DNA of 64,000 bases, from NCBI GenBank assembly GCA_903929315.1, contig CAIYUC010000034.1:2790-66789 (forward strand), given 5' to 3'. Shown one piece after another: positions 55,527 through 64,000 of this stretch. The notes under the pieces were generated by a model. That model saw only the letters and a program-made list of their open reading frames with translations, was not told the origin of the DNA and ran no database searches. A program made the position numbers and the translations under genes. How positions within the stretch are numbered: position 1 is the stretch's first letter; each line of letters starts with the position of its first letter. This stretch comes from an uncultured Bacteroidales bacterium. GTDB taxonomy: Bacteria > Bacteroidota > Bacteroidia > Bacteroidales > FEN-979.

Positions 55527-56380
55527 CTATAATATAATCTTATTATGTAAAACAAAAATACAAAAGGAGCCGAAAGAAATATCGCATCAAACCTGTCAAG
55601 TATACCGCCATGTCCCGGTAACAGACTACCCGAATCTTTAATACTAAGGTTTCGTTTTATAAGTGATTCAAACAGATCACCTGCAGTCCCAAAAACGATT
55701 ACTATTCCCATTAAAATAAACCAATCAATCCTGGAGATTTCCCTGAAAAGAAAGGATAACCCCGTCGCTGTCAGGATCGCAATAATAACACCTGCTATCG
55801 TCCCTTCCCATGTTTTTTTCGGAGAGATCCTTTCCATGAACTTGTGTTTTCCAAATCTCGATCCGTAAAGATAGGCTGCCGTATCATAAAACCAGACCAG
55901 GATAAAATATCCTAATAATAAAACAGGTACTCCATGAAACACAGGGCTGAGTTTATTGCCAAGTAAAATCAACAAAGAAAGGGAAAATGGAATATATACC
56001 AGTCCAAACCAGGTATAAGCCACATTTACCAAGGGATTTGGATGACGACGGAAAAGTTCTCCGAAAGGCACCAGGAATAAAATCAGGATAGGAAGAAATA
56101 TCAGAAAGAATCCGATACCGGTATCGAAAAGATTTAATGCTACATTCGGACTTAATGCTACCAACGCATAACCAATGAACCAGAGTGCACCGGATATAAT
56201 ACCAAATATTTTCTGAGGTCTTGCAGTTTCTGAAGAAACCAGGGAGTAAAACTCATTCAGCCCAAGGACAGTGACAATGAGAAATGCACCGGCAAAAAGC
56301 CATTTGTTCAAAATAAGACTAATGATAACAATAAATGCCAGGGATAACCCGGTAATTGTCCGTAAAGTAAAGTTATTCAA
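55523..56380 (-). CDS. cdsA: phosphatidate cytidylyltransferase
   Basis: 285 aa polytopic protein with the CDS signature SLIKRNLSIKDSGSLLPGHGGILDRFD. Confidence 0.92.
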   Translation of the reverse strand: MNNFTLRTITGLSLAFIVIISLILNKWLFAGAFLIVTVLGLNEFYSLVSSETARPQKIFGIISGALWFIGYALVALSPNVALNLFDTGIGFFLIFLPILILFLVPFGELFRRHPNPLVNVAYTWFGLVYIPFSLSLLILLGNKLSPVFHGVPVLLLGYFILVWFYDTAAYLYGSRFGKHKFMERISPKKTWEGTIAGVIIAILTATGLSFLFREISRIDWFILMGIVIVFGTAGDLFESLIKRNLSIKDSGSLLPGHGGILDRFDAIFLSAPFVFLFYIIRLYYS

Positions 56381-56615
56381 GGGTCGAGGATTGGTTAATA
56401 ATTTGTTTTGCTTTCAGGACGTCTTCTCTTTTAACATAAAGTTCGATTTCACCTATCACGATATAAGCAGAATCCTGTTTATTCACGATGACACAGGGTA
56501 TATTTTCATCCTCTAGGAGTGCCTTCATTATTTCCACCTGATAAAGTTTGGAAGAGCTGAAGATCATTTCCCATTGGTCATCCATTTTTTCACTCATTTG
56601 TTTGCGTTTTATCAT
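56373..56615 (-). CDS. DUF2007 domain-containing protein
   Basis: 80 aa; WEMIFSSSKLYQVEIMKALLEDENIPCVIVNKQDS fits DUF2007. Later in-frame ATGs at 56597 and 56585 would reduce or remove the overlap with the upstream gene. Confidence 0.65.
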   Translation of the reverse strand: MIKRKQMSEKMDDQWEMIFSSSKLYQVEIMKALLEDENIPCVIVNKQDSAYIVIGEIELYVKREDVLKAKQIINQSSTLE

Positions 56616-57264
56616 CTATGAGAAAAACATACACTTCTTTAGGCCCATGGGCTCCGATGATAAGTGTTTTTTCAATGTCCGCAGTACGGCTGGGGCCTGT
56701 TATCAATGAAATCATGGAAGGATATTCGTCTTTGTATTTTCTTTTCATTTCCTGGAAAGCCTGTTTAAGATCCGGAAGCAGTTGTGAGGTATAGGCAACA
56801 ATAAGGTGTATTTCAGGGAAAGCATTGATCTTCCTTCCGGGAGAACTTTTAGAGGAAACCATCACGGTCCCAAGCCGTGCTATAAGATATTCACAACGGG
56901 TAATACCTAATCGCGCTTCCGGAAAGGAGGACCAGGAAGACTCAAAAGGAATCCCGTTTTTTTTCAGTATGTCATGGAGATATTCATCATAGCAAAATAG
57001 CACCGGCCAGTCTTTTTCAAGGATAAACGATTGCAAAACCGCAAGAAATTCATCCTCACTTTCACAATAGACAAATTTCCCGCTTGTTTTCACAAAAGCC
57101 TCGGCGAATGTAATATCGAGAGGTTCCGTTATCTCCGGGTAAACAGAAGATTCATTATCGATAATAGGGTAAAGAGGTTCGGTTTGTTCGATCAAAGCAT
57201 CCCGGATTTTTTTCAGGACTTTTTGTCTGGAGGTGCTTTCTTCCATAGTGATGGATAGGTGCAA
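56590..57264 (-). CDS. LUD domain protein (LutC/YkgG-like)
   Basis: GITRCEYLIARLGTVMVSS and ITGPSRTADIEKTLIIGAHGPKEVYVFLI are LUD-domain motifs. Confidence 0.8.
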   Translation of the reverse strand: MHLSITMEESTSRQKVLKKIRDALIEQTEPLYPIIDNESSVYPEITEPLDITFAEAFVKTSGKFVYCESEDEFLAVLQSFILEKDWPVLFCYDEYLHDILKKNGIPFESSWSSFPEARLGITRCEYLIARLGTVMVSSKSSPGRKINAFPEIHLIVAYTSQLLPDLKQAFQEMKRKYKDEYPSMISLITGPSRTADIEKTLIIGAHGPKEVYVFLIDDKTQTNE

Positions 57265-57273
57265 TCGTTTATT

Positions 57274-59394
57274 TTACTCTTTCGGTTCTGGTTTTGTTTT
57301 AGCAGGAGGATCCTCCGGGATGGTAACCGGGGGATCAGGCGATATAGCAACTGGCAAGGAAGTTACGGGATAAACATGGTCTGTAAGCCTTACCTTTTCT
57401 TCCACTTCAAAAGGTCTTTTCCCGAAAATATTTTCAAGATCCTCATGAAAGATTACTTCCTTATCGAGCAAAACATTCGCGAGTATTTCAAGCTTATCCT
57501 TGTTTTCAATCAGAAGTTTCTTTGCCCTGTCATAAGCAGATTCGATAAGGATACTGATTTCTTTATCAATTATCTCAGCTGTTTTTTCGCTAAAGGGTTT
57601 CTGGAATGAAAACTCGGTCTGGCCGCTGGAGTCGTAAAAGCTGATATTCCCTATTTTTTTATTGAGTCCGAAATATACTACCATCGCATAGGCCTGTTTT
57701 GTGACTTTTTCTAGATCATTCAGGGCACCGGTAGAGATTTTGCCGAAGTTGACCTCTTCGGATGCTCTTCCACCCAGAGCGGCAGTGATTTCGTCGAACA
57801 TTTGTTCAAAAGTAGTGATCTGCCTTTCTTCCGGCAGGTACCAGGCAGCTCCGAGCGCCTTCCCTCGTGGAACGATAGTTACTTTCACCAGCGGATGAGC
57901 GAATTCCAGTAACCAGCTGACTGCAGCGTGGCCGGCTTCGTGAAAAGCAATAACTTTTTTCTCATGTGGTGAAATGATTTTATTACGTTTCTCTAATCCT
58001 CCTATGATCCTGTCGATAGCATCCATGAAATCCTGCTTGTCGATAATGATCTTATTTTTTCTTGCGGCGATGAGAGCTGATTCATTACAAACATTGGCTA
58101 TGTCAGCCCCGGAAAATCCGGGGGTTTGTTTTGCCATGAATTCGATATTGACCGTTTCATCGAGTTTTAAGGGTTTCAGATGAACTTTAAAGATGGCTTT
58201 ACGTTCTTCAAGATCGGGTAATTCAACATGTATCTGGCGGTCAAACCTGCCGGCCCGCATCAGGGCACGATCAAGAATGTCAGCACGGTTTGTCGCAGCA
58301 AGGATGATCACACCCGCGTTTGTAGCAAACCCGTCCATCTCTGTCAATAATTGGTTGAGCGTATTTTCCCGTTCATCGTTGGCCCCGGTAATGGCATTTC
58401 TGCCCCTTGCCCTTCCAATTGCATCGATCTCATCGATAAAGATGATGCATGGAGCTTTTTCCTTCGCTTGCCTGAAAAGGTCACGTACACGCGAAGCGCC
58501 GACTCCTACGAACATTTCGACAAAATCCGAACCGGAAATTGAGAAGAATGGAACCCGTGCTTCACCTGCTACCGCTTTTGCAAGTAATGTTTTACCTGTT
58601 CCCGGAGGTCCTACAAGGAGCGCTCCTTTTGGTATCTTTCCCCCAAGCAGGGTATATTTGGAAGGATTTTTCAGGAAATCGACAATTTCCATCACCTCTA
58701 CTTTCGCTTCTTCCAGACCGGCCACATCATTAAATGTGACACTGACACTCGTATCTTTGTCAAAGAGTTGCGCTTTTGATTTTCCTATGTTAAAGATCTG
58801 CGCACCTCCTCCGCCACCTTTGCTCATCAGTCGCATGATAAAAAACCATAACCCAACCAGCAGTAATATCGGGATGATATAGCTCAGGAGATCGCCGAAA
58901 ATATCTTTTCGTGTGTCATAGGAGGGGGGGTAGGGGTACTGTTGCCTGAAGGCATTCGTATCTTTGGCCATGACAGAATCCTTTGCCATCCTGTCAATGA
59001 TGGTTTTTTCTGTGTTTGCAAGATATTTATCGAATATTTCCTGGGACCCGATCTGGTAGTAATACTGTGGATTGGTACCAAAAGAGGATCCGAAATTCCG
59101 TTTTGTAAAATCCTTGTATGTTGTATCTGTTGGAATTTTGGCTTTTTTAATGTAAATCTCAGCCTTTTCCTTATTGATGACAACTATTTTCTCTACATCT
59201 TGCTTTTCCAGCATGACCTTGAGCTTGGGCCAGGTGGTTTCCTGAGTGGGGTTCGTATAATTGAAATACTGAATGCCAATAAATACAAGAGCAAGAATAG
59301 CATAGATCCAGTAAAAACTGAATCTTGGCCTGGTTTTTTTTGGAGGATTATAATTGGGAGGAAGATTTACCTTTTTGTTTTCTTTTTCTGCCAT
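57274..59394 (-). CDS. ftsH: ATP-dependent zinc metalloprotease FtsH
   Basis: 706 aa with Walker A GPPGTGKT, Walker [10 protein letters not shown], the SRH region and zinc motif HEAGHA. Confidence 0.97.
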   Translation of the reverse strand: MAEKENKKVNLPPNYNPPKKTRPRFSFYWIYAILALVFIGIQYFNYTNPTQETTWPKLKVMLEKQDVEKIVVINKEKAEIYIKKAKIPTDTTYKDFTKRNFGSSFGTNPQYYYQIGSQEIFDKYLANTEKTIIDRMAKDSVMAKDTNAFRQQYPYPPSYDTRKDIFGDLLSYIIPILLLVGLWFFIMRLMSKGGGGGAQIFNIGKSKAQLFDKDTSVSVTFNDVAGLEEAKVEVMEIVDFLKNPSKYTLLGGKIPKGALLVGPPGTGKTLLAKAVAGEARVPFFSISGSDFVEMFVGVGASRVRDLFRQAKEKAPCIIFIDEIDAIGRARGRNAITGANDERENTLNQLLTEMDGFATNAGVIILAATNRADILDRALMRAGRFDRQIHVELPDLEERKAIFKVHLKPLKLDETVNIEFMAKQTPGFSGADIANVCNESALIAARKNKIIIDKQDFMDAIDRIIGGLEKRNKIISPHEKKVIAFHEAGHAAVSWLLEFAHPLVKVTIVPRGKALGAAWYLPEERQITTFEQMFDEITAALGGRASEEVNFGKISTGALNDLEKVTKQAYAMVVYFGLNKKIGNISFYDSSGQTEFSFQKPFSEKTAEIIDKEISILIESAYDRAKKLLIENKDKLEILANVLLDKEVIFHEDLENIFGKRPFEVEEKVRLTDHVYPVTSLPVAISPDPPVTIPEDPPAKTKPEPKE

Positions 59395-59424
59395 TCTGTC
59401 CGGTTCCTGATAGTAACGAATTTT

Positions 59425-59802
59425 CTATTCTTTTGTAGTAACTTCTGAAATTTCTGCATCACCCCACAATTGTTCAAGGTTGTAGAAGGTACGCTTCGAG
59501 TCCTGAAAAATATGAACTACTATATCACTGTAATCGATCAAAATCCATTCCGCATTTTCAAGACCTTCCTTGTGCCAGGGATTCAACCCTGTTTTTGTTT
59601 TAACATCGAATATTACACCATCCGAAATAGCTTCTACCTGTGTTTTGGAATTTCCATGACAAAGAATGAATGCATCACAAACAAAACTATTAAGTTTTGT
59701 AAAGTCCATGATTACTGGATTTTTTGCTTTTTTATCAAGCATAGCATCCACAATTGCTTCTGTCAGTATTTCTTTGGGACTTTTTTTCTTCTGTCTGGGC
59801 AT
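59425..59802 (-). CDS. rsfS: ribosome silencing factor
   Basis: 125 aa; DAFILCHGNSKTQVEAISDGV...EWILIDYSDIVVHIF is typical of RsfS/Iojap. Confidence 0.9.
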   Translation of the reverse strand: MPRQKKKSPKEILTEAIVDAMLDKKAKNPVIMDFTKLNSFVCDAFILCHGNSKTQVEAISDGVIFDVKTKTGLNPWHKEGLENAEWILIDYSDIVVHIFQDSKRTFYNLEQLWGDAEISEVTTKE

Positions 59803-59894
59803 GCAAATATTACGGATTGGATCACAAAGTTACGACTTTTTAGACAGCCACATCGGGGATTGGGTTCAAACATATTACTGACGGCTTATCTTAG

Positions 59895-60605
59895 TTAAAA
59901 GTTTGGTTTAAGCTCATAGGTTCGGTAGAATGCATTAATATGATTGACAACTTCTTCAGCCGTATCGACAACTTTGAAAATATCAATATCTTCAGGATTG
60001 ATATTTTTAGAAGTTAAAACTTTATCATTCAGCCAGTTAATTAATCCTTCCCAATATTCACGGACAACCAGAACGATCGGAAAACGACCCAGCTTGTGTG
60101 TCTGTATCAGTGTAATAGCCTCTGTAAGTTCATCAAGGGTGCCAAATCCACCCGGCATTGCAACAAAACCCATAGAATATTTCATAAACATTGTTTTTCG
60201 GACATAGAAATAATCAAAAGTCAGAAGCTTATTGCCGTCAATGAAAGTATTAGGTTTTTGTTCAAAAGGTAAAGCAATATTTAATCCCACCGATTTTCCT
60301 GCTGCAAAATGCGCCCCCTTATTTGCCGCTTCCATTATGCCGTGTCCGCCACCGGTAATTATTCCAAATCCGGATTTTGCAAGAAGGTAAGCAATTTCCT
60401 CGGTAAGTTTATAATATTTGTTAGCTTCATCCGTACGAGCCGATCCGAATATAGAAACACACGGACCTATCCGGGTCAGTTTATTGAATCCTTCCACTAA
60501 TTCTGCCATTACTTTGAAGATCTCCCAAGTATCATAGCTGATTGTTTCTGACCAGGTTTTGGGCTCGACAGTTTCCCTGAATTGATTCATCTCCCTCGTA
60601 TCCAT
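59895..60605 (-). CDS. TIGR00730 / LOG-family protein
   Basis: Motifs GIITGGGHGIMEAANKGA and MPGGFGTLDELTEA. Confidence 0.88.
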   Translation of the reverse strand: MDTREMNQFRETVEPKTWSETISYDTWEIFKVMAELVEGFNKLTRIGPCVSIFGSARTDEANKYYKLTEEIAYLLAKSGFGIITGGGHGIMEAANKGAHFAAGKSVGLNIALPFEQKPNTFIDGNKLLTFDYFYVRKTMFMKYSMGFVAMPGGFGTLDELTEAITLIQTHKLGRFPIVLVVREYWEGLINWLNDKVLTSKNINPEDIDIFKVVDTAEEVVNHINAFYRTYELKPNF

Positions 60606-60645
60606 TGTACAGCTTATTATTTATAATTGGTGTAAAATTATAACT

Positions 60646-63468
60646 TTAGTTCGACATCAGTATTCTTTTCAAATATTTTGCAGTGTAGCTTGTCGGGTGA
60701 TGCATGATTTTCTCCGGTGCACCTTCGCAGATTATTTCTCCTCCTCTTTCACCTCCTTCAAGCCCAAGGTCGATAATATGATCCGCAACTTTTATAACTT
60801 CCATGTTGTGCTCGATCACGAGGACGGTATTTCCCTTGTCAACCAATTTATTAAGGACATTCAGCAGCACTTTCACATCTTCAAAATGCAGACCGGTTGT
60901 AGGTTCATCGAGGATATAAAGGGTGTTGCCTGTGTCTATTTTAGATAGTTCCGTCGCAAGTTTAACGCGCTGGGCTTCACCTCCTGACAAAGTAGTAGAT
61001 TGTTGACCAAGTGTGATATACCCCAGGCCCACCTCGTTTAAAGTCTTTATTTTATGAAGAATTAAGGGTACATTCTCGAAGAATTCGGCAGCCTGGTCGA
61101 TGGTCATATTCAGAACATCATTAATGGACTTTCCTTTAAACCGCACCTCGAGTGTTTCCCTGTTGTAACGTTTACCATTGCATGTTTCACAAGGGACATA
61201 AACATCCGGCAGAAAATTCATTTCAATTACCCGTAACCCTGCTCCTTTGCATGTTTCACAGCGTCCGCCCTTGACATTGAAAGAAAACCGGCCCGGAAGA
61301 TAACCCCTGATTTTGGATTCCGGCAATCCGGCAAAAAGCCGCCTGATCTCATCGAATACTTTTGTATAGGTAACCGGATTTGACCGGGGTGTGCGGCCAA
61401 TAGGCGACTGGTCTATTTCAATGACCTTATCAATATTTTTGATACCCTCGATAGAATGATAGGGGAGTGGGTTTCTTACTGATTTATAAAAATGATGACT
61501 CAGGATGGGGTATAAGGTTTCATTGATCAGGGAGGATTTGCCACTCCCCGACATCCCTGTTATACAAATAAATTTACCCAAAGGGATTTTAAGATCGATA
61601 TTCTTGAGATTATTCCCTTTTGCACCTGTTAGAGAAAGGTACTTTCCATTGCCCTTACGCCGTTTGGACGGGATTTCGATAAACTTTTTTTCACTAAGAT
61701 ATTGCCCCGTGAGTTGATTTGATTGAATGATCTCTGCCGGGGTGCCGGAGGCGACGATTCGCCCGCCATGAACTCCGGCTCCGGGCCCGATGTCAAAAAT
61801 GTAATCGGCCGAAAGTATTGTTTCTTTGTCATGCTCGACGACAATAACCGAATTCCCTGTATCCCGCAGATCTTTCAGCGCATTGATTAGCCGGATATTA
61901 TCATGCTGATGAAGACCGATACTGGGTTCATCAAGGATATAAAGAACTCCAACCAGTTGGGAACCAATTTGTGTGGCCAGCCGGATACGCTGTGATTCAC
62001 CCCCGGATAAGCTCCTTGCTGTACGGTCCAAAGTCAGGTAACCGATTCCTACATCCATAAGAAATCGTATTCTGTTCTGTATCTCCCTGACGATCTCAAA
62101 TGCAATTTTCGATTTTCTCTCATCCAGGTGTGTATGAATATTGGAGAACCAAGCTGAGAGATTTATCAGGCCGATATTTGAAAGGTCGGCGATGTTCATG
62201 CCATTGATCATGAAAAAAAGGGATTCTTTTTTGAGCCGGGTACCATTGCATTCAGGACAGATGATCCGGTTCATGAAGCTGCTTATCCATTTCATGATTC
62301 CTGCTGGTGCAGATTCGGCATTCTGGGAGTTGATAAAACCGATAATTCCTTCAAAATTCAATGCATAAGAAGAGGTAACCCCGAGATAATCGTTTTTTAC
62401 CCTGAAAATTTCATCTGAACCATATAGAATAATATTTATTGCATTCTCCGGAATCTCAGAGATCGGTGTATTCAGATCGAATCCATATTTTTCACCAATG
62501 GATTCCATTTGCTTGAATATCCAGGTATTCTTAAACTCACCGAGAGGAACAATACCCCCTTTACGGATGCTTTTTAACCTGTCGGGAATGATCTTATTTA
62601 AGTCAATTTCAGAGATTGTTCCGAGCCCATTGCATTTTGGGCATGCTCCGTAAGGCGAGTTGAATGAAAAGGTATTGGGTTCAGGTTCCTCGTAAGAAAT
62701 ACCGGATGTAGGGCACATGAGTAACCGGCTGAGATGCCGGATCTTTTCAGTAGGTACATCCAATATCATCAGAACGTCTTTTCCATGCCGCATGGCCAGA
62801 TTGACGGAATTGGCAAGACGTGGCCTGGATTCGGATTTTATAGTGATTTGGTCAATCACGATTTCAATGTCGTGTATCTTATATCGATCGAGCTGGAGTC
62901 CGTGTGTGATCTCAAGTATCTCGCCGTCAATTCTCACTTTCAGATATCCCTGTTTACGGATCTGATCAAAAAGTTCACGATAATGCCCTTTTCGTCCTTT
63001 CACAACAGGCGCAAGAACGAAGATGGTTTTATTCTGGTAATCTGTCAGGATAAGATCCACAATTTGCTGTTCGGTATAGCGGATCATCTTTTCCCCTGTG
63101 ACATAAGAGTAAGCATCTGCACTTCTTGCAAAAAGAAGACGCATAAAATCATAAATTTCAGTAATGGTCCCTACCGTGGAGCGGGGATTTCGGCTGGTTG
63201 TTTTTTGCTCTATGGAAATTACCGGGCTTAATCCATTGATTTTATCCACATCCGGCCGTTCCAGGTTTCCGATGAATTGCCTGGCATATGCAGAAAAGGT
63301 TTCCATGTATCTCCGCTGTCCTTCCGCATATATTGTATCAAATGCCAACGTTGACTTACCACTGCCACTAAGACCTGTAAATACCACCAGCTTATTACGT
63401 GGAATTACAAGATCAATATTTTTCAGATTATGAACCCGTGCGCCAAAAATTTCAAGATTTTCTTCCAC
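60646..63468 (-). CDS. uvrA: excinuclease ABC subunit UvrA
   Basis: 940 aa with two ABC modules (GLSGSGKST and GMSGSGKSS), LSGGESQRIRLA, LSGGEAQRVKLA and zinc-finger Cys pairs. Confidence 0.97.
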   Translation of the reverse strand: MEENLEIFGARVHNLKNIDLVIPRNKLVVFTGLSGSGKSTLAFDTIYAEGQRRYMETFSAYARQFIGNLERPDVDKINGLSPVISIEQKTTSRNPRSTVGTITEIYDFMRLLFARSADAYSYVTGEKMIRYTEQQIVDLILTDYQNKTIFVLAPVVKGRKGHYRELFDQIRKQGYLKVRIDGEILEITHGLQLDRYKIHDIEIVIDQITIKSESRPRLANSVNLAMRHGKDVLMILDVPTEKIRHLSRLLMCPTSGISYEEPEPNTFSFNSPYGACPKCNGLGTISEIDLNKIIPDRLKSIRKGGIVPLGEFKNTWIFKQMESIGEKYGFDLNTPISEIPENAINIILYGSDEIFRVKNDYLGVTSSYALNFEGIIGFINSQNAESAPAGIMKWISSFMNRIICPECNGTRLKKESLFFMINGMNIADLSNIGLINLSAWFSNIHTHLDERKSKIAFEIVREIQNRIRFLMDVGIGYLTLDRTARSLSGGESQRIRLATQIGSQLVGVLYILDEPSIGLHQHDNIRLINALKDLRDTGNSVIVVEHDKETILSADYIFDIGPGAGVHGGRIVASGTPAEIIQSNQLTGQYLSEKKFIEIPSKRRKGNGKYLSLTGAKGNNLKNIDLKIPLGKFICITGMSGSGKSSLINETLYPILSHHFYKSVRNPLPYHSIEGIKNIDKVIEIDQSPIGRTPRSNPVTYTKVFDEIRRLFAGLPESKIRGYLPGRFSFNVKGGRCETCKGAGLRVIEMNFLPDVYVPCETCNGKRYNRETLEVRFKGKSINDVLNMTIDQAAEFFENVPLILHKIKTLNEVGLGYITLGQQSTTLSGGEAQRVKLATELSKIDTGNTLYILDEPTTGLHFEDVKVLLNVLNKLVDKGNTVLVIEHNMEVIKVADHIIDLGLEGGERGGEIICEGAPEKIMHHPTSYTAKYLKRILMSN

Positions 63469-63492
63469 AGCAGTCCAAAAGAAATGTTTAGT

Positions 63493-64000
63493 TTAATAAA
63501 CTTGATTGATTTTCAGGGTATCATGAAAGAACGTTTCACTTTCCGGCATAGTATGCATCAGGAGATCATACTTTAGGAATCCTTCTTTCGGTAGTTTGAT
63601 TGAATAAACCTTGTTCGGATTACGAGGCAGGGTGTACCTTTTTAACCATGGATTCAGTTCTCTCAATACCCGGTAATTGACTTTCATTTTAATGGCAAAA
63701 TCAGGGAGATCGTTGATAGCTGAATCAATAGTCATAGTGTAGGTGGGAATTTGAGGATAGAGATCCTTTTCACGCAAATAAAAACCGTATTTAACAGGAT
63801 GATTATAGATCTGCTTAAATGCAAGGATCCGGTAGACATACCTTGCTGTTTCGTCCACAAGAAATAAATCATAGTAATTTGTCACTTTCTGATTTTCAAG
63901 TGCATTTGAAACCCCATCAAATCCCCTGTTGAAGGAGGCCGCCACAAGGGTCCAGTTTTTATAGAGTTCATAGGCTTCCTGGAAATAAAGACAGGCGGCT
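63493..64000 (-). CDS. lytic transglycosylase (SLT-domain, MltD-like); C-terminal part, with the 5' end beyond the window
   Basis: My own translation shows the frame stays open past the track's GTG at 63945 to position 64000: ...AACLYFQEAYELYKNWTLVAASFNRGFDGV, an SLT-type motif. Confidence 0.6.
   Translation of the reverse strand, partial: AACLYFQEAYELYKNWTLVAASFNRGFDGVSNALENQKVTNYYDLFLVDETARYVYRILAFKQIYNHPVKYGFYLREKDLYPQIPTYTMTIDSAINDLPDFAIKMKVNYRVLRELNPWLKRYTLPRNPNKVYSIKLPKEGFLKYDLLMHTMPESETFFHDTLKINQVY

Noticed and set aside
58193-58882. 229-aa ORF antisense to ftsH. Other antisense or alternate-frame ORFs occur at 57031..57609, 58942..59448, 34827..35360, 43737..44144, 22339..22701 and 62734..63231.
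   Set aside because: All are embedded in confidently identified genes (ftsH, guaB, pstA, the ABC permease, uvrA) and have low-complexity or Ser/Arg/Pro-rich shadow-type composition.

Overview
AT-rich chromosomal segment of Bacteroidota type, judged from T9SS C-terminal sorting domains, an ECF sigma/DUF4252 cluster, a SurA/parvulin cluster and TAnnTTTG -7 boxes. It carries about 50 protein genes. I see no rRNA, tRNA, CRISPR array, transposase or integrase. Most genes are housekeeping: priA, ppk1, glyA, guaB, three parvulin/SurA-type PPIases, moxR, pstSCAB, a POT peptide transporter, psd-cdsA, ftsH-rsfS, a LOG-family gene and uvrA. Five things stand out. (1) Two head-to-head inverted 3.5 kb paralogs (P1 6538..10065 minus, P2 24102..27608 plus) encode secreted adhesin-like proteins of about 1170 aa that end in a FISUMP (TIGR02145) lectin-like domain. 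Both have heptanucleotide arrays at the same position inside that domain, and in P2 the array is a perfect in-frame (CCAGCAT)x4 tract, a candidate slipped-strand switch. (2) Both paralogs look like cassettes. P1 lies between 41-bp perfect direct repeats. P2 lies between inverted pairs of a GC-rich hairpin repeat and sits next to a truncated HepT (DUF86) toxin remnant. (3) There is a family of nested palindromic elements built on CACAATG / CACAAAG / GGTCACAA words, and nearly every intergenic spacer is built from degenerate 7-9 nt word arrays. (4) Three gene sets are uncharacterised: a cytoplasmic protein of about 980 aa with an unknown domain fused to an intact M28 peptidase, transcribed divergently from a membrane multihaem cytochrome c plus a secreted unknown; a ComEA-like HhH domain fused to a large beta-barrel, next to a PorV/PorQ-like barrel; and a GPP34-family gene where phoU would be expected after pstB. 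(5) There are some gene-start anomalies. All functional calls come from reading motifs in the supplied translations; no database search was run.
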